Part shown: positions 1-13,205 of the stretch, one piece after another
Position numbering within the stretch: position 1 is the stretch's first letter
Layout of the letters: the number at the start of each line of letters is the position of its first letter
Origin: Mustelus asterias
Taxonomy: Eukaryota
Length of the DNA: 64,000 nucleotides
Reading direction: 5' to 3'
Assembly: GCF_964213995.1 (NCBI RefSeq)
Contig: NW_027590138.1
Span: 434,001-498,000 of the forward strand
Position numbers and translations under genes: made by a program
Notes under the pieces: generated by a model
The model's input: only the letters and a program-made list of their open reading frames with translations
Databases searched by the model: none
What the model was told of the DNA's origin: nothing

Positions 1-775
1 CCTGCTGAAACACCATCGAGTTCACACCGGGGAGAGACCATTCACCTGCTCGGTGTGTGGGAAGGGATTCACTACTTCATCCCACCTGCGCAGACACAAA
101 GTCACTCACACTAATGAGAGACCGTTTAAATGCTCTGACTGTGGGAGCGGATTCAAAAGCTCTCAGGATCTGGTGTCCCACCAGCGCATTCACACTGAGG
201 AGAGACCGTTCAGCTGCTCTCACTGCTCAAAGAGGTTTAAAAGGTCATCCAGCCTGTGGGAACATCAGCGAGTTCACACTGGGGAGAGACCGTTCACCTG
301 CTCTGTGTGTGGGAAGGGATTCACTGCTTCATCCAGCCTGCTGAGACACAAAGACACTCACTCCAAGGAGAGACCCTTTAAATGCTCTGCCCGAGAGGCC
401 GGCTTCAGAAGCTCTCAGGAACTGATGATCCCCGAGCACATTCACACCGGGGAGAGGCCGTTCAGCTGCTCTCACTGTTCAAGGAGGTTTAGAATATCAT
501 CAACACTGCTGAAACACCAGTGAGTTCACACCGGGGAGAAACCATTCACCTGCTTGGTGTGTGCGAAAGGATTTACTCGGTTATCCAGCCTGCCCAGACA
601 CAACATCATCACACCCAGGAGAGACCCTTTAAATGTGGGCGTGGCTTCAAAAGCTCTCAGGAACTAATGTCCCACCAGTGAGTTCACACCAGGCAGAGGC
701 TGGTCACCTGCTCTGACTGGGAAGGGATTCACTCAGTCAGCAAACTTGGTGAAACACCAGTGAGTTCACAAGTGA
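1..775 (+). pseudogene. C2H2 zinc-finger array (5' end outside window), 3' part disrupted
   Basis: Tandem CxxC-x12-HxxxH fingers with TGERPF linkers. TGA at 521-523 replaces CGA, and the array continues with further stops and deletions to ...VHK* near 775. Confidence 0.8.
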
Positions 776-857
776 TGACAGTTCTGGGATTATTCTTGTG
801 AATCTTTCTTGCCCCTTCTCCAGTGCCTCTGTTTCCTTTTTCTAAATGGAGATCACA

Positions 858-1350
858 AATAGAACGTAGAACAGCACAGGAACAGACCCTTCAGCCCACC
901 ATGTTGTGTCGAACATGATGTCAAATTAAACTATTCCTTTCTGCCTGCCCTTGGTCCATATTCCTCTATTCCTTGCATATTCATGTGCTTATTTAAAACC
1001 CCCTTAAACGCCCCTATCGTATCTGCCTCCACCACCATTCCTAGCAGCGTGTTCCAGACACCTACCACTCTCTGTGTAAAAGACCTTACCTCTCACATCT
1101 CCTTTGAACTTTCCCATCTCACCTTAAGTGCATGCTCCCTGGTATTAGACATATCGACTCTGAGGAAAAGATTCTTTGTCTCTCATTTTATAGACTGCTA
1201 TCAGGTCTCCCCTCACCCTCCGCCGCTATCGAGAAAACAACCCTCGTTTGTCAGTCGCTCACACCTTCCAATCCAGGCAGCATCCTGGGAAACCTCTTCT
1301 GCACCCTCATCAAAACCTCTGCATCCTTTCTGTAATGTGGTGACCAGAGT
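858..1350 (-). mobile_element. CR1-clade LINE 3' fragment
   Basis: Reverse complement shows the CR1 3' end (GWRQT/FTQRVV-type region) and a (TTCTA)n-like tail at about 858-870. Confidence 0.75.
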
Positions 1351-1795
1351 GGGGAAAGAATGTTCTATAGAAACTAGAATTATCTGTTCTGAATTTTGAT
1401 CCTGTAGTGACTGTGATGTCTGCTGCAAACTCCTTTTATCGGATATCAGAAGGTTAGGATCCATTGACAGAATCCCAAACCATACGCCACGTCAAGATTT
1501 GACAGTCGCTCAATTCATCTGGACCTGAATACCATCGGCCTTTGCATCTAGAAGGAGAAATGCTTCTCTGTTCTGTCTGCTTCAGAAGGCGTTAAACGTC
1601 AGTGTGACTGGAAAAGCACCAACGCACACACACCCGAGTGAGAGTGTTCCAGTGCACTGACTGTGGAAAGAGCTTTAACCAGTTACACAGCCTGAAAATA
1701 CATCACAACATTCACAGTGGGCAGAGACTGTACCTGTGTTCTGTGTGAGATTTAACTGATTGTTGAACCTGGAGAGTCACAAGGACACCCGCACC

Positions 1796-2638
1796 ATGGA
1801 GAAACCATGGAAATGTGGGGACTGTGGGAAGGGATTCAGATTCCCATCTTAGCTGGAAATTCATCGACGTATTCACACTGAGGAGTGGCCATTCACCTGC
1901 TCTGTGTGTGGCATGGGATTCACTTATTTCTCCAAACTGTTGAACCACAAAGTCACTCACACTAATGAGAGACCCTTTAAATGCTCCGACTGTGGGAGCA
2001 GCTTCAAAAGGTCGCAGGAACTGCTGAGACACGAGCGAATTCACACTGAGGAGAAACCGTTCAGCTGCTCTCGATGCTCAAAGAGATTTAGATCAACATC
2101 CAACCTGCAGGAACACCAGCGAGTTCACACCAGTGAGAGACCCTTTAAATGCTCCGACTGTGGGAGTGAATTCAAAAGGTCTCAGGATCTGAGGGACCAC
2201 CAGCACATTCACACCGAGGAGAGACCATTCAGCTGCTCTCACTGCACAAAGAGGTTTAGAACGTCATCCCACCTGCAGAGACACCAGCGAATTCACACTG
2301 GGGAGAAACCATTCACCTGCTCTGTGTGTGGGAAGGGATTCACTGATTCATTCAACCTGCGGGAACACCAGCGAACTCACATTGGGGAGAGGCCATTTAT
2401 CTGCTGTGTGTGTGGAAAGGGATTCACCCGGGCATCCAGCCTGCTGACACACCAGCGGGTTCACACCGGGGAGGGGCTGTTTACCTGCTCTCACTGTGGG
2501 AAGGGATTCACTCAGTTATCCAGACTGCAGGTACACGTTCGAGTTCACACTGGGGAGAGACCATTCACCTGCTCTGTGTGTGGAAAGGGATTCACTCAGT
2601 CAACATCCCTGCAGAGACACCAGCGAGTTCACAAGTGA
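1796..2638 (+). pseudogene. C2H2 zinc-finger gene (~10 fingers) with premature TAG in first finger
   Basis: ATG at 1796 gives [18 protein letters not shown], then TAG at 1850-1852. The same frame stays open afterwards through about 9 fingers to VHK* at 2638. Confidence 0.8.
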
Positions 2639-2904
2639 TGACAGGGGTTGGATTCTGCTGTTATTGCTGCTGTTAATCACATCCAGGACTGAACCATGTT
2701 CATTCTGACAGGTGATGAAGTGGAGGGTCAGAGGGTTTCTTTCTGCTGGACTGGCCGGTCTCACAACTTTGCTTCCAGTGGGCTGATGCTCTTTGAGCCT
2801 GGGAGAGCACATTTCCACTGAAATGATCCACAAAAGCTGATGAAGGACATTTATTTTATCCTGGATAGTAAATAGTGTTTTTCCTACCACTGCAGGTAGA
2901 TCAA

Positions 2905-3527
2905 AAATAAATACAGAAAGGACTGGAAAAACACAGCAGGTCTGGCAGCATCTGTGGAGAGAGAAACAGAGATAATGTTTCACGTCCAATGTAACTCTAC
3001 TTCAGAACTAAAGAGAGGGAGAAATGTGATGGGTTTGATGCTGCTGAGAAAGGGGGGAGGGGCAGGTAGAACAAAAGAGAAAGTCAGGGATTGGTTAGAG
3101 GGCGGGTGAGATTAAATGACAAAAATATCACAGAACCCAAGGCAAAGGGAGAGGTAATGGTTGTGGTAAAGAAACAAAGCATTGGTCCAGAGTAAGTGTT
3201 AATGGCAGAATAAAGGACAGCTCTGTCTGGAAGCAAAAAACATGAAAACAAGATGCAGACTGGCACTCAGCAAATAAAAACAAATCAAAATGGAGGAGAG
3301 AGTTCAGGGTGTGAAGTTGTTGAACTCAATGTTGAGTCCAGAAGGCTGTAAAGTGCCTCATCGGAAGATGAGGGGCTGTTTGTTCAGCTTGTGTTGGGCT
3401 TCTCCGGAACATTGCAGCAGGCCGAGGACAGAAATGTGAGTGTGAGAGCAAGGTGGTGAATTCTAATGGCAAGCAAGCGGAAGGTCAGGGTCATGCTTGT
3501 GGACTGAGCGGAGGTGTTCCACAAAGA
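2905..3527 (-). mobile_element. Penelope-like element 3' fragment with C-terminal GIY-YIG endonuclease remnant
   Basis: Minus strand ~3313-3525 translates FVEHLRSVHKHDPDLPLACH*NSPPCSHTHISVLGLLQCSGEAQHKLNKQPLIFR*GTLQPSGLNIEFNNF, typical of the Penelope GIY-YIG C-terminus. It is followed by the terminal repeat (CAGATGCTGCCAGACCTGCTG...) found many times in the window. Confidence 0.8.
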
Positions 3528-6500
3528 GGGCAGGGAACAGGCTACAGATGAATTAAAGAGAAACCATTTGTGTCCAGAACATTGTGAACATCCTTTTACT
3601 CTGGTTGTCTTTGATCCTCAAGTCATTTTCTGTTTGTTTTAACCATGTTCTGTTTCATTAATAAACTTTCATCAGTAAAGGTGTTTGATTGTTGTGGACT
3701 TTTCCTGATGAGATTGATGCACTTTAGGGAAAGTGGGTGAGAGGGGTTGGCAGGCTCTTTAACAGAAAGTGAATCCCTCTGAGGTAATTGGCAAAGGAGC
3801 CAGAGGGGGAGATGAGATTTTATTTTATTGTTTGACACAGCAAGTTGTTCTGATTTGCCTGAAAGCAGATTCAATAGTTTCCCTCCAAAGGAAGAAGACT
3901 GGAAAGGGAAGAATTTGCAGGGCTATGGGAAAGAACAGAGCAGTTGGATGAATCAGAGAGTTCTTTCAAAGAGATAGCAGGGGCATGATGGGCTGAATGG
4001 ACTCCTCCTGCAGCCTGTCAATCTCAGCCTCCTGCTTTTGTGCAGGTTAAAAGGGACAGATTCCACTGCAACCTCTTCCCTGTATCTGTATTTAAAGAGA
4101 CGGGTTTCTCTTTAGCTGAGTGACCGATATAACAATTGGTTGGAGGCCCTTTTCGCACTCAGTCCTCCAGCACCTCCCTGTCTCTCTATTAGTGCGACGC
4201 CCAGGGCAGTTTCCCAACTGGGGCGCAGGCCTCATTATTCTCAGCTAAATTCAGCCCTCAGCTCCGTCGCCTGGCTCTCATTAACACCAGCAATAGAGAG
4301 ACAGAAAGGTGTCCCAGGCTCAAATGGGAAATCGAAACTCGGGTCTTTAAATGAACTGCTAGGATCTCTGTAATGATCAACAATTTTAAAAAATGAATTC
4401 TAAACTCTGAGTAAATTAAAGAATCACACGACAAAACTTCAAGTTTATGGCATTTACTCCAACTGGAAGCAACAATGAACAAAGAAAATTACAGCACAGG
4501 AATAGGCCCTTCGGCCCTCCAAGCCCGCACTGACCATGATTAAACACTTTTTTGTAGGGAACATTGCCCTTAAACTGTAAAATTGAACTTTGCCCTTTCG
4601 CTCGAAACACAATCAAATATCCCAGTCAATGGTTATATTTTACGCTGTCTTGGAATTTTGACCCACAATTCTCCAAGAATGAGTCCAAATTGATTCTTCA
4701 CTCGCCGAGGTTTTACTTCCATTGTTTTCCTTTTCTCGTCCGGCAACCTTTAATCCCAGAACTATCATTCAAAATTATGGTTCCCCAGGGCATTTTCCCA
4801 CTAACACAAGCAAGGCAAATCTTCCAGCCTTGTTTCACAATTCGCAGGAATTTGTGACCAACATTCGACATCGGAGCAGAAGTCGGCCATTTGGCCCTTT
4901 GAGTCTGCTCCAACATTTATTCAGATCATGGCTGATCTGTTTGTGTTGCATTCCACATTCTCGTTAATAGAGAAAGCTTAACATTAACAATTGAACAGAC
5001 TTCTCTCTATCCCTCTCAGACCAGGACATGAAGTGATGGCTCCAAAAACGTGGATAACTTGTAAAACTAACAGCTCTCCACACCTCTCTGTAAACATCTC
5101 TCCCTCCACCTCTCTCTACCAAATTGCCTTCTCAAGATCACTTTTTTATATTTTTAAAATGTCGAAAGCCCACCTTAGCCCCCCATAAATCTTGAATTAT
5201 AAACTATAATAGACTCGAGTTTACTGGGCGATTTATAAACAAATCAACTATCTGTTGAACTTTTCTACAGAACCGAAAGGGGTGGGGAGTGAGCAGAAAA
5301 AACTTGGCCCACAATTACTTCACTTCACACAAATATAAAAACTTCCCTAACAACAAAACAAACTTAATTCTAAACTTAATCTATTAATTGTTTTGTTATA
5401 TTCCTCAACCTAATTATTTTAATTTGATCAGTTTTTGTTAGGGATGGGTAACTTCTGTTCTTTATAAACTGATTCACTCATTTTGTTAATTCTACATGGG
5501 CTCGGAGAATCAGAACCCAGACTTTATCATCCTTATCCTTTTTCTCCCTTTGCCACCACTCCCTCTGTTTTGCGGGAGGGTCGTGGGGATTCCAATCAGA
5601 ACTAATCATTTTATCATAAAAGTAAAATATTGCGGATGCTGGAATCTGAAACAAAAACAGAAAATGCTGGAAAATCTCAGCAGGTCTGACAGTATCTGTG
5701 GAGAGAGAATAGAGCTAATGTTTCCAGTCTGGATGACCCTTTATAAGAGCTCTTATGACGTGTCATCCAGACTCGAAAGATTGGCTCTATTCTCTAATCA
5801 TTTTAATTGATAAGTTTGTTGTTCTTAGTTTCCAAACAGCAGGTAAGAGACCTGTCCAGTCCCCACTCAAGTTCTGATTTTTTCACTGGCCATGCTTGGG
5901 TAAGTTTATAACCATTAGAATCTACTCTGAGAGGTCTGCTTTTCAGTCCAGTGCTACTTGTCCCTCACAGTTCTCATCACATATTTATGATAAAATAATT
6001 TAAACAATGCCTGAGAACACTTCTTCACTTCTTAGTCAGCTTCCTATCACCGTTTGTTGATTGGTCAGACCCCCTTTTTACAAATTTGGGTATCTCAGCC
6101 ACTGAACACCAGCCGGTCTTGGAATAAGTTTAATTCAAACTCATTGTGAGTAAATATTCTCACCAGGTCCTCTGTCAGATCCCTTTTAAGCAGCTTTAAT
6201 GGTCCGTGATTGCAGAAACTGAGCAGTCACAGGAATGTGGTCAAGATAGTCCAGTCCCATAATGCCTCACATTCAATCAATTATAACAGAATATGTGGCT
6301 GTATGTAGCTGCCTCGGCCATGGTCAACCCCAACACTGCCTTCCTGAACTGCTACAATGCCTGAGGTGTAAGTACACCCACAGTGCTGTTAGGGAGGGAT
6401 TTCCAGCTACACATTCCAGACTTTCACCAGACTGTAGGTGGATATCAGATTGATATATTCCATTCAACCACACCCAGGTGAGTTATTCCAATTCCTTTAT

Positions 6501-7165
6501 TGTCCAGGACAATATATTCACAATATCTTTAAAACAGAAATTAAACATTCCCATTTGATTTCAGGTATTAACATATTCTGTTAGTTTGTTCTTTATTGTC
6601 AATGTCAGGCTGGGGTTGTTCCCCTTGGAGCAATGGAGGCTGAGGGGAGATTTGATAGAGGTGGGCAAGATTCTGACAGGTTTAGATAAGGTAGACAAAG
6701 AAAAGCTGATCCCATTAGCTGATGGGAACAAGGACGAGGGGGTCACAGATTTAAGGTTCTGGATCAGAGATGCAGGGGGGCGGGGACGTGAGGAAGAATA
6801 TTTTGATGCAGCGAATGGTAATGACCTGGAACTCGCTGCCTACGAAGGTGGAGGAAGTGGAGACAATAAACAATTACAAAGGAAATTGGATGGACATTTG
6901 TGGGGTTTGAAACAGAAATGCTGACTAAATATCTCTGAACTTCCTCACACCCGGTCACTCTGTGATCCTTGTGAAATCTGAAACCAGGTATTCGCAACAA
7001 GACTCAAAGAGCATCAGCTCACTGGAGGCAAAGTCATGAGACCGGCCAGTCCAGCAGAAAGAAACCCTCCGACCCTCCCCATTGACCAACTGTGAGAATG
7101 AACAAAATGCAGTCCTGGATGTAATTGAGAGCAGAAACAAGAACAGCAGAATCCAACCCCTGGAA

Positions 7166-7672
7166 TCATTCGTGAACTCGTTGGTGTCTCAGCAGCTGGG
7201 ATGAAACTATGAATCGCTTCCCACACTGAGAACAGGTAAACGGCCTCTCCCCAGTGTGAACTCGCTGGTGTCTCTGCAAGTCTGAAGACTGAATGAATCC
7301 CTTCCCACACAGAGAGCAGGTGAACGGCCTCTCCCCAGTGTGAACTCGCTGGTGTCTCCGCCATTCAGAATACAGAGCGAATTCCTTTCCACACTGAATG
7401 CAGATATACGGCCTCTCCCCAGTGTGAACTCGCTGGTGTGAATGCAGGTGGGATGATTGACTGTAATTCTTCCCACACTGAGAGCAGGTGAACGGCCTCT
7501 CCCCAGTGTGAACGCGCTGGTGTTGCTGCAGGTGGCCTGACTCAGTGAATCCCTTCCCACACTGAGAGCAGATGAATGGTCTCTCCCCAGTGTGGCTGCG
7601 CCGATGAGCTTCCAGCTCTGATGGGGCTCTGTATCTCTTCCCACAGTCTGCACATTTCCATGGTTTCTCCAT
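7166..7672 (-). CDS. C2H2 zinc-finger protein, 6 fingers
   Basis: Intact 168-aa ORF MEKPWKC... with 6 canonical fingers and TGERP linkers. Shared splice acceptor TTTACAG|GATAT at about 8090-8105. Confidence 0.8.
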   Translation of the reverse strand: MEKPWKCADCGKRYRAPSELEAHRRSHTGERPFICSQCGKGFTESGHLQQHQRVHTGERPFTCSQCGKNYSQSSHLHSHQRVHTGERPYICIQCGKEFALYSEWRRHQRVHTGERPFTCSLCGKGFIQSSDLQRHQRVHTGERPFTCSQCGKRFIVSSQLLRHQRVHE

Positions 7673-8559
7673 GGCTCAGATGGACACGGGTAGAACACGG
7701 GTAGAGTCTCTTCCCTTTGGGAATGGTGTGATATTTATTCAGGCTGTGTAACTGGTTGAACCTCTTTATTCAGTGCATTGGAATAATCTCACTCGAGTGT
7801 GGCAGTGTGTTGGTGCTTTTCCAGACTTACTGATGTTTGAAATCTTTTCAAATCGGCAGACTGGATAACCATTCCTCCTTCTAGACTCAAGGCCGATCAT
7901 ATTCAGGTCCAAAGGAATTTGATTCTGTCAGATCTGGACATGACTTTTGAGATTATGGCCTGTGATTCCTCTTTCAATAACCTGTAATATCCTCCTTCTA
8001 GATTCAAAGGCCGATGTTAAGGTCCCGATGAATTGGGAGACTCTCAAAATGTTGACTTTTGTCTGTAAATCCTCACCTTCTGATATCCTGTAAAACGAGT
8101 TTACAAAGGAAATCAGTGTCAGTACAGGATAGAAATTCAGAACAGACAATTCTAGTTTCTATTGAATATTCTTTCCTTTCTCATTCCCCAAAAGCTGTAA
8201 ATCTCCATCCCTCACACTCTCCCTCCATTCTCACTCTGCTGTATCTAATATTCACTCTCCCAATTCTCCTGAAAGGACCAATTCTTGCTGACCAACAGAT
8301 CCATGCTCACTGATTTTATATATGTAGACTGGACTAAAAAACCCATGTAATACACAGTATTGTGTTACTGGATATATGGGGGATGTGCGGAAGAACTTGA
8401 TTTCAGCAGCATGTGGAAGTGGAGATAGATGGCACCAGAAGGTAATAAACTGGCAAATTTACTTGCAATGGGGATATGGAGGGGTGATGGGACTGACTGG
8501 ATGTAACCAGTACTTGAAAATTATGAGAGGCCGAGAAAGGGTAAAAAGGACTGACACAA

Positions 8560-9668
8560 GGGAGGTAGTAAATTGGATAAGACACTGGCTCAATGGAAGA
8601 AGCCAGAGAGTGGTTGTGGAGGATTGCTTCTCTGAGTGGAGGCCTGTGACTAGTGGTGTGCCGTAGGGATCGGTGTTGGGTCCATTGTTGTTAGTCATCT
8701 ATATCAATGATCTGGATGATAATGTGGTAAATTGGATCAGCAAGTTTGCTGATGATACAAAGATTGGAGGTGTAGTGGACAGTGAGGAAGGTTTTCAAAG
8801 CTTGCAGAGGGATTTGGACCAACTAGAAAAATGGGCTGAAAAATGGCAAATGGAATTTAACGCAGACAAGTGTGAGATATTGCACTTTGGAAGGACAAAC
8901 CAAAGAAGAACGTACAGGGTAAATGGTCGGACTCTGAAGAGTGCAGTTGAACAGAGGGATCTGGGAATACAGGTACAGAATTCCCTAAAAGTGACGTCAC
9001 AGGTGGATAGGGTCGTAAAGAGTGTCTTTGGTACATTGGCCTTTATAAATCGGAGTATCGAGTATAAAAGTTGGAGTGTTATGGTAAGGTTATATAAGGC
9101 ATTGGTGAGGCCGAATTTGGAGTATTGTTTACAGTTTTGGTCACCTAGTTACAGGAAGGATGTAAATAAGATTGAAAGAGTGCAGAGAAGGTTCACAAGG
9201 ATGTTGCCGGAACTTGAGAAGCTGAGTTACAGAGAGAGATTGAATAGGTTGGGACTTTATTCCCTGGAGCGTAGAAGATTGAGGGGAGATTTGATAGAGG
9301 TGTGTAAGATTTTGATGGATATAGATAGAGTGAATGCAAACAGGCTTTTTCCGCTGAGGCTCGGGGAGAAAAAAACCCAGAGGGCATGGGTTAAGGGTGA
9401 AAGGAGAAAAGTTTAAAGGGAATATTAGGGGGGGCTTCTTCACACAGAGAGTGGTGGGAGTGTGGAATGAGCTGCCGGATAAAGTGGTAAATGCGGGGTC
9501 ACTTTTAACATTTAAGAAAAACTTGGACGGGTTCATGGGTGAGAGGGGTGTGGAGGGATATGGTCCAAGTGCAGGTCAGTGGGACTCGGCAAAAAATGGT
9601 TCGGCACAGACAAGAAGGGCCAAAAGGCCTGTTTCTGAGCTGTAATTTTCTATGGTTCTATGGTTTCC
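8560..9668 (+). mobile_element. CR1-clade LINE, 5'-truncated (RT C-terminal part + 3' UTR)
   Basis: SGVP*GSVLGP, KFADDTK, RPNLEYC, LERRRLRGDL motifs; tail TTTCTATGGTTCTATGGTT. Confidence 0.92.
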
Positions 9669-9727
9669 CATAGTGGAGGAGCGATTAACAGGGAACATAG
9701 GCATAACACTGAAAATGTCAGAGGTCA

Positions 9728-9770
9728 AGAGTCTGATGAAGGGTCAACCAGACTTGAAATGTTGGCTCCA
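9728..9770 (+). ncRNA. Minimal hammerhead-ribozyme-like motif in Penelope terminus (family B)
   Basis: GAGT-CTGATGA-A-GGGTC-AACCA-GACTT-GAA-ATGT-T-GGCTC: core boxes CUGAUGA and GAAA flank a stem II hairpin. Confidence 0.5.
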
Positions 9771-10469
9771 TTCTCTCACCACTGATCCTGTCAGACCTGC
9801 TGAGATTTTTCAGCATTTTCTGTGTGTTTTTTTTCAGATTGCAGCATCCGCACTATTTTGCTTTTTGCATAGATTTAAAATGACTGGTAGATGGTTACAG
9901 GGGGCAAGAGGAAAAACCTTTTCTCCCAGAGGGAGGTCAGCATCTCAAATGCAGCCGAAGTTGAGATTAAGCTGAAACGAGATTCGGCATAGACTTGCAT
10001 TACTGAATTAACTCCTTCTGCTGTAATGACCAAGACTGCAAATGTATAACATATCTACAGTATTATATTACAAAACCAGACATAATAATAAATGTATTTC
10101 ATTACAGAACCATAAATAATATATCTAATCTGTCCCATATAACAACACGAGACATATCTCTGTCCTATATTAATTTACTGTCCCCTTAAATGTCAGTCAT
10201 CTCCTGGGGAAACCAGCGCTTTAATTCGGAAAGAGACCATGCTTTTAGCCAGACAAATAAATGTGTCAATTTCCCCCAGAATGAGAAAAGAAATGGAAAG
10301 GAAGAGAAAGGAAAGTGTCCTACTCACAGATGTTACCGATAGGAGGCAGTTTGAGTCTGTCTGTACTCAATCTTCATTCACAGAGAGCAGCAGCTTTCCG
10401 GGTGAACAAGCTCACTGTCCTGTTTCCGCGTTCAGACAATGGGGAAGGTCTGGTTGGCGGCAGGAGAAG

Positions 10470-10835
10470 CTTACTTCCGGTCCTCCAAGTCTTCCCATTG
10501 GTCAATACCTCAGTATGCAGGTGGGGGGAGGCGGCCGATCTACGCACATGCGTAATTACCCCTCTCCCTTGGACATGCGCAGTCCCGGGTAGGGGGGAGG
10601 GGGAGATAACCAAGTGACTTCTCGCTCTGGCCGGAGCCGTCAGCCGGTTGCCTGGAAACCTTGGCTCGATGTGGTGCTGGGGGAGGGGGAACAATGGGTG
10701 GGGGCAAGGCTCCCGAGTCCGCGCACCCGGACTTGCGCACTGGAACCCGGAGACGTCAACACGGAGCAGTGATTCCTATTGGCTCATTCAAGCAGGACTC
10801 CGTTGTGACGTCACAATGCGGAAGTTGGCCAATGA
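10470..10835. promoter_or_regulatory. CpG-rich promoter-like region
   Basis: ETS ACTTCCGG/CGGAAGT, NRF1-like CATGCGCA, CCAAT/ATTGG boxes, palindromic TTGTGACGTCACAA (CRE) at about 10803-10816. Confidence 0.6.
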
Positions 10836-11084
10836 GCTTCAGAGTGAAACTTCCTCCTCTGCAACATCAATGTTTCCCCCTTTCCATTTCATTTCTCATT
10901 CTGGGGGAAGTTGGGGACTTGCGGCAACTGAAGGGAAAGGAAATGAATCCAGTCTGTACATTCCACACATTGTTAGTCCAGTCATATAGACATATATCTG
11001 TCTGGCCGCCTGCATGGAGATTTTCAGCTCCCTGTGTCCTGGACAGGCAATTCCCTTCTTTTTGAGGTCTGCCCCTTTAGTCCG

Positions 11085-11250
11085 GCACCTGTTTGGGTCA
11101 ATGCACCTAAACAGCATATCTTTCAGACAGTGGGAAGAAACCAGAGCACCCGGAGGGAACCCACACAGACACAGGGAGAACGTGCAGACTCCGCACAGAC
11201 AGTAACCCAAGCTGGGAATTGAACCGGGTCCCTAGCGCTGAGACAGCAGT
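11085..11250 (-). mobile_element. tRNA-derived SINE fragment
   Basis: B-box region and CTGTGCGGAGTCTGCACGTTCTCCC core on the minus strand. Confidence 0.75.
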
Positions 11251-11443
11251 GCAGACAGACAGTCAAGAAATCATCAATTCCACTCCTACCCGGAGCTATG
11301 GGAATATATTTATACATTATCTCATTTCACAATAAAACCCACACACTGAGTTTCAGATTTGCTTCTGTTATTATTTTGGTGACCAGCTGGTGGATTAGAC
11401 TGAGACTGACATCAACCCTTCATGGTCTCAGTCTGTCTCCGTG

Positions 11444-11593
11444 NNNNNNNNNNNNNNNNNNNNNNNNNNNNNNNNNNNNNNNNNNNNNNNNNNNNNNNNN
11501 NNNNNNNNNNNNNNNNNNNNNNNNNNNNNNNNNNNNNNNNNNNNNNNNNNNNNNNNNNNNNNNNNNNNNNNNNNNNNNNNNNNNNNNNNNNNN
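11444..11593. other. Assembly gap (150 N)
   Basis: Run of n characters. Confidence 0.99.
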
Positions 11594-11911
11594 TACAGAA
11601 AGATAGAAACTGGAAGCAGGAGTAGGCCATTCGGCCCTTCGAGCCTGCTCCGCCATTCATTTAGATCATGGCTGATCATCGAATTCAATATCCTGATCCC
11701 CATATCCCTTGATCCCTTTAGCCCCATGAGCTATATCAAATTACTTCTTGAAATCATATATGCATGTCTGTGAATGTATTTATGCATCTGTGAGTTTGTC
11801 TGCATCTCGAATCATGGACGATTGACTCACCTGATGAAGGAATAGCACTCTGAAAGCTCGTGATACCAAATATACCTGTTGGATTTGAGACGTGATGTGA
11901 GACCTCTAACT

Positions 11912-12212
11912 AGAATCATAGAATCCAACAGTGCAGAAGGAGGCCATTCATCCCATCGAGTCTGCACCAACCACAATCCTATCCAGGCCCTATCCCCTGA
12001 ACGCCATGCATTTACACTAGCTACTCCCCCTGACACTAAGGGGCAATTTATCATGGCCATCTTTGGACTGTGGGAGGAAACTGGAGCATCCAGAGGGAAC
12101 CCACGCAGACACGGGGAGAATGTGCAAACTCAACACAGACAGTGACCCAAAACTTGAATCAAACCCGTGTCCCTGGCGTTGTGAGGCAGTGTTGCGAACC
12201 ACTATGCCACAA
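11912..12212 (-). mobile_element. HE1-type tRNA-derived SINE
   Basis: A/B-box head, conserved core, and CR1-like tail (GATTCTATGATTCTA) on the minus strand. Confidence 0.85.
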
Positions 12213-12787
12213 TGCAGTAATCCAGGAAAACCGGATTAATTGTTGGATTACACAGTGATATGTCACAGAGCAGAAATCCAGGAGAATTGGATTTATTGTT
12301 GGATTACACAGAGATATGTTACAGAGCAGAAATCCAGGAGAACTGGATTAATTGTTGGATTACACAGAGATACGTTGCAGAGTCTTAAAATCTGAAATAA
12401 AACAGTCAATGCCACAAATAGTCCACAGGCCCAGCAGCTTCTATGGAGGCAGAGACAGAGTGAAACATACAACCAAACATCCATATGAATGAGGAGCAGC
12501 AGTGGACCATTGGGCCCCTCTGCTGCAGCATTTGACAAGATCCCAACTGATCTGATTGTGGTCAGAACTCCACGTTTCCGTCTCCCACCAAATCCTCTGA
12601 CTCTCTTGTCAATCAAGAATCCATTTATTCAGCCTTAAAAAATTCAATGACTCTGTCTCCACTGCTCTCTGGAGAAGAGAATTCCACAGACCAAAGACCC
12701 TCTGAGAGAGAGAGAAAGATCTTGTTCTCTCTATCCCTAACGTCTCAGGTCCAATGCGCTCTCCAGAGCCACACAGTGAAAATCAGG

Positions 12788-13205
12788 ATAAAAGCAAATT
12801 ACTGTGAATGATGAAATCTGAAACCAAAAGAGAAAATGCTGGAAAATCTCAGCAGATCTGATAGCATCTGCCAGGAGAGAAAAGTGCTGACGTTTCGAGT
12901 CCAGATGACCCTTTGTCAAAGACTGACCTCTGAAGAATTGAGAGAGGGAGGAGACAAAATGAAAGATCTGCAAACTGACAAAATGTTTCATGGCCCAAGA
13001 CCAAAGCGAGTGTTAATGGGACAAGTAAAGACACAAAAGATGTTCTGGATGAGGTGTGAATAGCTGGTGAGCGATAGTCTGAATTTAAAGTAAACAAGAG
13101 GGAAATGAGGTGAAAAAAGCAGCAACGAAACACAGATCACAATGGGGGGAGAAATTGTGGTGTAAAATTGTTGAGCTCAGTTTTGTTCTGAAGGCTGTAA
13201 AGTGT
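12788..13205 (-). mobile_element. Penelope-like terminal fragment (family B), degenerate hammerhead
   Basis: Same terminal sequence as 2905-3527. rc TTTGACAAAGGGTCATCTGGACTCGAAACGTCAGC at about 12885-12922. Confidence 0.65.

Larger units (their letters stand above)
3519..10190. repeat. Left arm of large inverted segmental duplication (partner ~22080-28232)
   Basis: Collinear reverse-complement matches, e.g. 3519-3540 = rc 28211-28232, 4991-5188 ORF = 25207-25419(-), 5496-5810 = 24609-24926(-), 6955-7140(-) = 23504-23689(+), ~10080-10190 = rc ~22083-22195. Confidence 0.9.
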
